In this document: positions 1-8,400 of the stretch, in pieces | Layout: every line of letters starts with the position of its first letter | Numbering within the stretch: the first letter of the stretch is position 1 | DNA from: Patescibacteria group bacterium | Lineage (GTDB): Bacteria; Patescibacteriota; Microgenomatia; UBA1400; PJMF01 | Direction of reading: 5' to 3' | NCBI GenBank assembly: GCA_041747555.1 | Contig: JBGTEY010000014.1 | Location: 20,919 to 84,918, forward strand | Length of the DNA stretch: 64,000 bases | Notes under the pieces: model-generated | Databases searched by the model: none | What the model was told of the DNA's origin: nothing | The model's input: the letters and a program-made list of their open reading frames with translations, nothing else | Made by a program: the position numbers and the translations under genes

Positions 1-131
1 TACCCATGAGAAAACATTTAGGTTGGTATGTCAAAGATTTTCATAATGCACGTCAGGTGAGAATTGAAGTATTCCAATCAAATTCAGCGGAAGAAGTTGA
101 GATATTATTTACTAAATACAATCTAGTGTAG
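1..131 (+). CDS. 3' end of tRNA-dihydrouridine synthase (Dus family), truncated by window edge
   Basis: Frame from nt 3 reads PMRKHLGWYVKDFHNARQVRIEVFQ...*, stop TAG 129-131; RKHxxWYxK is typical of the Dus C-terminal helical domain. Confidence 0.7.
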   Translation, partial: PMRKHLGWYVKDFHNARQVRIEVFQSNSAEEVEILFTKYNLV

Positions 132-145
132 AATAACAATGCACT

Positions 146-838
146 ATGTGTGGATTTTTTGCATTTACCCCAAACATGTCTCCCAGAGAACTTGCTGAAG
201 CACTTGGTGTAACCAACTTACCGTCATCAATGGACGACATTGAATCGCTCAAGTTTTATCCAAAGTCCCCTATTCCAACTGTTTCAAAAAACTCTCCAAA
301 TCAACTCGTGATCCGCCGATGGTCGCTCATCCAAAGGTGGTGGGACAAGCCACTTGAAGATTTAAAATTTAATACATTTAATGCCCGATCGGAAGATATT
401 GCAGTTAAAGCCAGCTACAGAACGCCCTGGAAATTGGGTCAGCGGTGCCTGATTCCTGCAACTTGGTTCTATGAATTTAAAGCGAAAAAAATTGATTCTA
501 AAGTTGTAAAAATTCCATATAAGGTGCTGTTTAAGAATTCAGAACTCTTCACCATGGCTGGATTATATGAGAATTGGAAGGATGGGGATAATTTAATTGA
601 ATCCGTCACCATAATTACCTGCTCAAGCGCTCTACCCCTGAAATCTATACACGATCGGCAACCAGTGATTATTGAAAAATCTGATCGAGAGAAATGGTTA
701 GATAAAAGTACGGACATGGAAAAAATTGAGTTACTGCTTAAACCGACAGCAGATTTGGAGTGTTTTGAAATAGATAGAGGGTTTAATACAGCATTTGGCG
801 ATGATGTGAAACCAAGTTTGTTAGAACTAAAATCTTGA
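146..838 (+). CDS. SOS response-associated peptidase (SRAP/YedK/HMCES), abasic-site protection
   Basis: N-terminal MCG (catalytic Cys2), FNARSE, RCLIPATWFYEF, IHDRQPVII motifs. Confidence 0.92.
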   Translation: MCGFFAFTPNMSPRELAEALGVTNLPSSMDDIESLKFYPKSPIPTVSKNSPNQLVIRRWSLIQRWWDKPLEDLKFNTFNARSEDIAVKASYRTPWKLGQRCLIPATWFYEFKAKKIDSKVVKIPYKVLFKNSELFTMAGLYENWKDGDNLIESVTIITCSSALPLKSIHDRQPVIIEKSDREKWLDKSTDMEKIELLLKPTADLECFEIDRGFNTAFGDDVKPSLLELKS

Positions 839-849
839 GCTTCTGGAAG

Positions 850-923
850 TGGTCGCACCTGGACTCGAACCAGGGACCTCACGAATGTGAATCGTGCGCT
901 CTAACCAACTGAGCTATGCGACC
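850..923 (-). tRNA. tRNA-Val (anticodon CAC), CCA not encoded
   Basis: Reverse complement GGTCGCATAGCTCAGTTGGTTAGAGCGCACGATTCACATTCGTGAGGTCCCTGGTTCGAGTCCAGGTGCGACCA folds as a cloverleaf; anticodon stem CACGA/TCGTG; upstream TGATATACT extended -10 at 935-943. Confidence 0.96.
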
Positions 924-988
924 GCAAGACACATAGTATATCACTTGTTTGTTAGCTTTTTGTAAGTTTTTTATCACATACTTGGGAT

Positions 989-1627
989 ATGTGGCAAAGC
1001 ATTCGACAAGTTATTTTAGAAACCATTTTCCCCCCGCAGTGTTGTCATTGCAAATCACTCGGGAGTCTACTTTGCAACGATTGCTATCAGCGATTAGAGT
1101 TTATTCCTCGCGCATTTCAACCGGACGCAGAGCCACCGTTGGATAGCATTTCTGTTGCATGCACTTACAAAGGTGGGGCAAAATCACTAATCAAAGCACT
1201 CAAATTAAAACGTGTCATCGGGATAGCGGACACACTCGGCTGGCTCTTGCACCATACCTGTGCCATTCCAGAAGTAGATTACATCGTCGCTGCACCAGCC
1301 AATCCCAAAAATCATGCTCAGCGTGGTTTTGATCCTGCATTTGAAATTGCACGTGCACTTTCTCGACAAAATAAAACACCCCAGCTCTCACTACTTTACA
1401 GAACTGACGCCACCGCAGAACAAAAACAACTCAATCGCGAAGAACGAATGAAAAATTTGACCAATACGCTGGTGTGCATTAGAGGGCCAACGCCAATTGA
1501 ACAAAAATCAGTGGTGCTGGTGGATGACGTAGTCACATCGGGAGCAACTATGATCGAATGCGCACGAGTGCTCAAAAACGCTGGTATAAAAACAGTCCAC
1601 GGCCTCGCAGTAGCCCATGGCTACTAG
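989..1627 (+). CDS. comF: ComF family protein (zinc ribbon + phosphoribosyltransferase fold)
   Basis: FPPQCCHC...LCNDC zinc ribbon, RGFD, VVLVDDVVTSGAT PRT motif. Confidence 0.88.
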   Translation: MWQSIRQVILETIFPPQCCHCKSLGSLLCNDCYQRLEFIPRAFQPDAEPPLDSISVACTYKGGAKSLIKALKLKRVIGIADTLGWLLHHTCAIPEVDYIVAAPANPKNHAQRGFDPAFEIARALSRQNKTPQLSLLYRTDATAEQKQLNREERMKNLTNTLVCIRGPTPIEQKSVVLVDDVVTSGATMIECARVLKNAGIKTVHGLAVAHGY

Positions 1628-1637
1628 GCAAAAAAAC

Positions 1638-1666
1638 TTGAAAATACAGCATTTTTGGCGTATACT
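1638..1666 (+). promoter_or_regulatory. sigma70-type promoter of ssrA
   Basis: TTGAAA (1638-1643), 17-nt spacer, TATACT (1661-1666), 10 nt upstream of the tmRNA 5' end. Confidence 0.75.
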
Positions 1667-1676
1667 AGACAGATAT

Positions 1677-2099
1677 GGGGATGTATTGCTTTGACGTGAT
1701 ACGTACTTTAACATCTGCAAGTCGCCATGATTCGGGCGTTAACTAATCAAAAAACAATAACTGGCAATCAAAACGCCGATACAGTTCCAGGTGCAAAACC
1801 AGCCAATGGCATTCTTGCTATGGGCAATGACTTTGCTTCAAACCTGAGAACTCCAGCTTTCGCTTTCGCAGCGTAAAATGGCATTCACAAGTTGTGTCTC
1901 ACTGATGCACGCTTGTGAGTGAAAACTCAGTCAGTGTGACAGTGTGTGCTCTCCTATCGGTACACACACAAGACTTAGATAGGGAGGGCGTGCGGACGGT
2001 TTGTCTCTTCACCGCGCAGGTCAATTCAAAGAGTGACTACACTTGTAGATGATGTTGCAGCTTCGTTTGCGGACAGGGGGTCACACCCCCTCATCTCCA
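1677..2099 (+). ncRNA. ssrA: tmRNA (one-piece), tag reading frame 1763-1876
   Basis: 5' GGGGATG pairs with 3' CATCTCC-A with G3:U70; ATAACT-GGC resume context; tag ends PAFAFAA*; GGAC-AGGGG/CCCCT T-arm. Confidence 0.92.
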
Positions 2100-2102
2100 C
2101 AG

Positions 2103-2129
2103 AAAAAAGAGCCTTTATGGCTCTTTTTT
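2103..2129. terminator. bidirectional intrinsic terminator after ssrA
   Basis: AAAAAAGAGCC-TTTAT-GGCTCTTTTTT. Confidence 0.85.
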
Positions 2130-2229
2130 GTTGAAGTAAGAGTATCCTTAGTAACACCTCAAGAAAACAAAACTGTCACAATTGTCTGGGCAGAATGGAA
2201 GCAAAACATGGCCACATTTACACACAGTT

Positions 2230-3120
2230 TCAAATTTCAAAGTAACCATTCGGACGTTTTGACTTAATTCCTTTGGAAGCAGAAAAAAGCGATGGTGACT
2301 CGGCCGCTGGTCTATAGATCCAACGATAATTACCTTTTTTAATAAGCATTTTATACCGACCATGCGCCCATCGATCAGCGGCATTATTGAAAAAGAAACG
2401 TTTTAATTCAGCATTATTGTTAAGCTGATCTAGTGCAGCCTCTTCTAGTTGTCGATGCACTCCCATATCATCTTCATGAACATCATAATTTGCCAATTTC
2501 CATAGAATGTGTGTCACGTAGCCGTAAATTTCGTGACCTCCATTGAGTTTTTCAATCTCTTCTTCAAATGGAATGAAGTAGAATGATATTGAATTGGGTG
2601 GAGATTTCAATTCAGCCCTATCACGATAGCCGTCAGCAATTTCTCTAAAAACGTCTACGCAACGGTCGTAGTCCTCACTACGAACTAGAACATCGGTATC
2701 AATATCTCCTTTTTCTATTCCAGCTCTTCTATAAAAAAACCCTGAATTCCCTAACCTTTGCTTTCGTACTCCATGTTTTCCAGTATGTGAGAGACCAACT
2801 GCAGCAGACCCCACTATCCAAGTGTGCAGCATACCTGATTCTCTGAGCTGGCTAAATTTTTCAGAAACAATTTTTTCAACATCTACTATTCCACTTCGGC
2901 TAAATCCATTGAAGTTTCCAACATTTAAATGATCAGGAAAATATGGGCAAAATTTTGCCTCAACTAACTCTGGTATGCTGAACGTTCCTGTTCTGATTAA
3001 CTCAGCAAAGCGAGCGACATTTTCAAGTGTTTCGAGGTGCTTAATATTAAACTCAGCGCTCAATCGATGGAGCAAAGGGTTTTCGGTGAAGGTTTCGCTT
3101 GATTCTCGTGTTTCGCTCAT
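2230..3120 (-). CDS. hypothetical protein, possible Pol-beta-type nucleotidyltransferase fold
   Basis: 296-aa ORF; WIVGSAAVG...GDIDTDVLV resembles GS...DxD but spacing is long. Confidence 0.5.
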   Translation of the reverse strand: MSETRESSETFTENPLLHRLSAEFNIKHLETLENVARFAELIRTGTFSIPELVEAKFCPYFPDHLNVGNFNGFSRSGIVDVEKIVSEKFSQLRESGMLHTWIVGSAAVGLSHTGKHGVRKQRLGNSGFFYRRAGIEKGDIDTDVLVRSEDYDRCVDVFREIADGYRDRAELKSPPNSISFYFIPFEEEIEKLNGGHEIYGYVTHILWKLANYDVHEDDMGVHRQLEEAALDQLNNNAELKRFFFNNAADRWAHGRYKMLIKKGNYRWIYRPAAESPSLFSASKGIKSKRPNGYFEI

Positions 3121-3219
3121 ATTTAACTATTTCAGCTTCAAAACTGTTTTAAATAAAAAAAATACACGCCATTTCTTCTGAGTCTAACCCGATCCACACC
3201 TGGTCGAGGCTCACTTTTA

Positions 3220-3654
3220 CTATTTAGTCAATTGATCAGCTATAAAAACCCACTCATTGTGCTGCTCACCAGTCAAAGTGAGAGATTTGCCATGAATAGA
3301 AGGGCTTGTTGATGATATGTATAGCGTAGTCTGAGCCTTACTTCGATCAACCGTGTACCTACTCCAATCTCGTAAGCCTAATGAATCACCACCGCCCGCT
3401 CCATTCACAGTGGTAAACACAGTGGTATCAGGATCACTCTGTTCGAGCCAGATTTGTCCAGCCAACAGGGGAGGACCTCCCTCTGAAGTAGCTGGCCTTT
3501 GATCGATTTTTACTGCACCTTCAGGCGGAATATACTCTGTTGCAGCAGGTTTTGCTCCAGATTCAATTACCTGTGCTTGAGTGGCTGCATCACTATCAGG
3601 TTTTTTTACACTAAAATTGGCTGCTTCTTCTGGTGCTCCATACTCGCTCATCAT
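3220..3654 (-). CDS. hypothetical protein
   Basis: 144-aa ORF with AAGGA RBS-like site; no family recognised. Confidence 0.55.
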   Translation of the reverse strand: MMSEYGAPEEAANFSVKKPDSDAATQAQVIESGAKPAATEYIPPEGAVKIDQRPATSEGGPPLLAGQIWLEQSDPDTTVFTTVNGAGGGDSLGLRDWSRYTVDRSKAQTTLYISSTSPSIHGKSLTLTGEQHNEWVFIADQLTK

Positions 3655-3812
3655 AGTATCCTTTTAGAAAATAACAATTACTTTTTTAATAAAAATCTAT
3701 AACTACTATATCAGAATAAAACATTCAAACATTTAGTTCAACTACGAATTTCACAGCAATTATTTCAAAACTCCTTAAAGTTACTTTAATAAAGTTGCTT
3801 AAAATCTTGCAT

Positions 3813-5450
3813 TTATTCCAAAACAGTTTGCCCAGTTGGTAGTAAATTTACAAAATGTTCCGCTGTGCTAATATCCAGATTTGATGGATCAATACTCACT
3901 TCTAGCAACATGCCTCGCCTTGTTTCTGGACTAAAGTACTGATCAAACACAAAATTTCCCAGTGAATAATAGATCATTTTTTCTTTGTACACCTCTGATG
4001 GCTGGATAACATGAGGATGCGATCCAATGATGATATCTGCACCTTCGTCAATAAACCGATGCGCCAAGGATTGAATGGACGGATTTATTTCTGTGCTGTA
4101 TTCCACTCCCCAATGGGTATACAAAATAACCACATCTACTTGTGGTCGCACTAGTTTTAAATCATTCATTGTAGATTCAAACGCATTAGACGAAAATTCA
4201 TTGTAGTTAACAAATCCAATTTTCATCCCTTGAATATCTTTGGTAAAGTAGCTTTGATCAATTTCTGTGCCAACATTTCCAAAAAAACCAACGGATGATG
4301 CATTGAGGTAGTCAAAGGTTTGTGTCAATCCAGCCTGCCCAAAATTTAGAGTGTGATTGTTGCCCAAATTGACAATCGTAATGTTGTGATCTGATAAAAC
4401 TGCTGCTGTCTCTGGAGGTGAAGTAAAAATATAATTATTGCTTGCACCAAACGCACTCCCTTCACTTACCGATGCATTGTCTGTAATTGGGCTTTCAAGG
4501 TTAACCACCACGTGGTCAAATTCATGAAAGAAATCTCGTACATCTTGCAAAATAAAGTCATAACTTTTTTGCTTGGCAATCTGTCTAATATAACGATCAA
4601 ACGATAGATCACCAGCAAACAGCAACTTAATCTTTTCAGGTTGGACAACTACTCTTTCTCCCCTTTCATGGGTTCTTACTCCCTGTCTTGCAGGCCACTT
4701 CATTACAAAATAACTAGTGGTGCTGTCTTGCACATGATTAAACTGACTTGAGTTACCGTGAAAAATAATTTCAGGACAGCCTGATGAATATTCTTTGATT
4801 GCTTCTAATTGCAATAAAATATATACACAAGCAGGACAATCCAGGTAGTCATCACTGAGCTGTAAAGCTTCCTCAACTTGATGATTGCAAATCATCGATC
4901 GAGTTGTTACATCTAGTGAAGTTGCTTGTCCAACATCTAAATAATGAGAAAAATCTACTGACGCTAAAATCATCGTGGGTTGTTGCTGCACCTCTAGGTT
5001 GAGTCGATCAGTTAGTTCGTCTAACGCATCCTGAGGTACATTTCTAGTTACTAAATAATTCTCCACCTCTGCATGGGGAAAATACTGCTTAATATATGGC
5101 CAGTGAATGGTAGCTCCGTGGTCACCCTCAACTACTGTGTCGTCAGTCACAAGATAGTTTATATCTGGTTGATGATGGTTGGGAGATAGTAGTATTATTT
5201 TTTTAATCGTACTACCCTGGTTCGCAGAAATATTTTGATAGAAATCGTCAAATCGATCGAGTAATACGTCATGGTGTGGCAAGATTACTGCTTGTGGTAG
5301 CAACTGGGGTGATGATTGTGGCAGCGTGTTTTCTTGACTCGGGACGAAGTATATTTTTCCAAACAAATACACCAGAAACAGAAAAGCAAACAAACCTAGA
5401 ATTACTAGAAAATACTTAGACAGGCGGGGCATTATCGGGAGGCGTGGCAT
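3813..5450 (-). CDS. membrane-anchored AmmeMemoRadiSam B (MEMO1-like) + CapA/PGA_cap metallophosphoesterase fusion
   Basis: N-terminal TM; ILPHH, LLSPNH, ASVDFSHY (MEMO); GDLSFDR, NLESP, NLGNNH, HWGVEY, GSHPHV, YSLGNFVFDQ (CapA). Confidence 0.85.
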   Translation of the reverse strand: MPRLPIMPRLSKYFLVILGLFAFLFLVYLFGKIYFVPSQENTLPQSSPQLLPQAVILPHHDVLLDRFDDFYQNISANQGSTIKKIILLSPNHHQPDINYLVTDDTVVEGDHGATIHWPYIKQYFPHAEVENYLVTRNVPQDALDELTDRLNLEVQQQPTMILASVDFSHYLDVGQATSLDVTTRSMICNHQVEEALQLSDDYLDCPACVYILLQLEAIKEYSSGCPEIIFHGNSSQFNHVQDSTTSYFVMKWPARQGVRTHERGERVVVQPEKIKLLFAGDLSFDRYIRQIAKQKSYDFILQDVRDFFHEFDHVVVNLESPITDNASVSEGSAFGASNNYIFTSPPETAAVLSDHNITIVNLGNNHTLNFGQAGLTQTFDYLNASSVGFFGNVGTEIDQSYFTKDIQGMKIGFVNYNEFSSNAFESTMNDLKLVRPQVDVVILYTHWGVEYSTEINPSIQSLAHRFIDEGADIIIGSHPHVIQPSEVYKEKMIYYSLGNFVFDQYFSPETRRGMLLEVSIDPSNLDISTAEHFVNLLPTGQTVLE

Positions 5451-8400
5451 CTTTTGTAAATTTTGAAAAGTGCCTTGGTTTCTTGATCCAAATTCCGTAC
5501 CCTGCTACAGGAATGAGCACTAGGATGCCAGCCACTATCCATTTCCATGAAAAAGGAAGTGAAGACTTTGCAGGGGATGGTAATTCTCCAGAAGGAAAAC
5601 TATTCTGAATAGCCAGCAATTCAAGAGAATTCTTTCCATCAATCACTAACTGGCTCGCATTGCTTCTAGCCCATAAAGTAGGGTCAAAAGAGTGCCTTAC
5701 TATCGCTGGTGGAGTATCAAAAGTCCCCTGCGAAATAACCCGAGCCTTATATCTGAATGTACTTACATCTTGGTCTGTGTAACTAATTTTCAGCTCTACA
5801 GTTTGTCCACTTATTTTTATTTGACCGAACTGGTTTTTGCCGACATTGTCAAACACGCCATTATCAAGTGACTCATCAATAGCAACTAAACCAGATGGGA
5901 GATAGTCAATTATTTCTAAATTTCTTTCTCCCAATCCTAGATTTTTAACCGTAAGCTCAACTACCACTAAGTCACCAACTTCAATTGGCTTTTCATTCTT
6001 ACTAGCTGACAAATACTTGCGACTAATTTCCAGATGATTGCTCTCACTTTCAGCCGCCCTATCAGTAATAAACTCAGTTGTTTTTACTGTCGAGTACACT
6101 GGTGATTCACCTTGATGCGTTATCTTCAATTGTCGGTCTGTAATCCCACCTACCTCAAAGGGAATTTCTACGACTTGTTCATCGCTTGATTTGAAAGTAC
6201 CTGATCTCATCACTTGATCATCCACCGACACTGTATAAGCAAGTTCTTGACTTGAGTCTGTGTAATACGCGAGGTATTCTGCGATACTTCTGATAAGAGA
6301 ATAAGAGGCCTGCTGATCACGATTTCGATACAAGAAATCTAAACCTTTTTCTACTATTTCTTGATCTGCTTTGAGTTCTATTAATGCTGCCACTGCGCGT
6401 GAAGAGTTCTTATAAATCCCACCGAATCTAAACGTTTGATCAGCTGGCCATGACAATTGATACGAGTTTTCAAACTTAAGATCGAGAATTTGTTGAATTG
6501 CAGCGGACTGATCCACAAATCCCTGGCGATAATTTGCCATAATTGCCATTAGAGCACGTTCCACATTAGTAGACGAATTGACCTCCAGATAGTGTCTCGA
6601 CAAGTCTAATTCCGGTGTTAATGAAAAAGCATATTGCTGCATGACTTGATCTTCATACTTGTTTGGTTGCCACTTTGCAAAGTATTCAATAACTGTGTTG
6701 AGTGTATTTTGATCAACAACGATCCCTGACTTACGAGCAAAAATTAATGCCTCTAGGAATTCTACTTTTTGTTCAGAACCGGTAAAGTTTTTCCAGGACT
6801 GATCTGATTCAAATGATTCAACCAACGTATGTATACTATTTTGAGCAAGTTCCTGATTTTGAGCGGAACTGTATTCAAGATTTAGCTCTGACCCAAACTG
6901 CTCACCAATTGCAACCATGGATAAAATAGCTGGAGCATTCGAAAAATATATACTTTCAGTTACTAAAATAGTCTGCCAGTCAGACTTAAATTCGGGATAT
7001 TTATTTGCTTGCAACGTTAGCACTGTTTGCGTTTTATCGCTCACAGCTCCAGTAGAAACTGGTATGTCATACGTCTGTTGATTTTCACCTAAAAGGTAGC
7101 TGTCTTGCCAAAAACCATATTCATATACGGGAATCTCATGGAAAACCTCATCGATATACTCATTTTGCCCTGTTGTTTGTGCCCTAACATGAAATGTTGC
7201 TGGACTCTGTTGACTAGTAATTTCTACTGGCCAACTCAGCGCCTCCAAACCTTTTGCAGCCAAAAGCAAAGGTTGTCCAGTTACCTGAAAATCTGAGAAA
7301 TTGAGACTAGCATCAATTTCTAAATTTAAATCTTGGTCAGTAAAATTATTAAGTAACGCTGATACATGTAAAATATCACCTTGCCTCAAGAAAGATGGCA
7401 TCACAGGCCTGACCACTAATTCTTTGGTTACAATAAACTCATCTTCACCTGAACCAACTTGTGTTTTTTGATTCGCTGATACCCCAGCAATAACCCAAGT
7501 TGTTAAATTGTCTGGCAGCTGAATGGTAACTCTTGCCTTACCCTCAGCATCAGTGGCAACATGCGGGTTCCAATATGCAGTATCTTTAAATATTGACCTA
7601 CTATCACCCTTATCATTGTGTACATAAATCCCATTTGCAATAAATGTGTGGTATGTATCAACAGTTAGGTTGTATACTGAGAATTTTCCCCGCATCCACT
7701 CAATAGAAGAAACGCGCTCTGTAAGACCTTCTGCTGTGGTCAATTCGTCACCAACTTTGAGTTGACCGGCTGTCTGCCACTTACCATTCACTAATAACTT
7801 ATGTTCTGGAGTAATTTTTAAATCTTGATTGATAATGAGATACCCATCTACCTCAACCAGATGAGTGTCGGTAACTTGTGCAGAGACAAGCTCATCACTA
7901 GTGCTCGATTTTAACGTTTGTATCCAGTCTCCTGTTTTGACCTGACTTATTTCTTTGAGTGACGAATCTGACATTAAAATTGAAGTATCTGCTGCAAAAC
8001 AACCTCCGCCACCTTCTGCTCCTGAGCTTGATAATCCCTCGAAGGAGTGATGCAGCAGCGGGAAGGTGTATCGCTCGCCCCAGAATGTGTCGAAAATTCT
8101 CCCGTAATTATCCCTGTTCAATTCCAGCAACGCCTTATCAAACACCCATACACTGACGTCTGTTTGAACTGGATTGCCTAGGGCATCTTTGGCAGCTATG
8201 TCCACTATTGCTGTTTGAGCAGGACCATATATTTCTTGATCAAAATCAAATGTAAGCTCCACCTTCTTATCGTCGGTACTAACCTCAACATCTTGACTTC
8301 CTTGCACCCAATAATCACCAACAAAACTGCCGGCTGCCACGCGAACATTGGGCTGATAGTCTTCTGGAATAGTGAGTGAGAACTGCTTACTACCGTTGGT

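Noticed and set aside
7615-8001. Canonical mobile intein
   Set aside because: No endonuclease, Asp at +1 and an extracytoplasmic host; treated as a BIL/Hint domain instead
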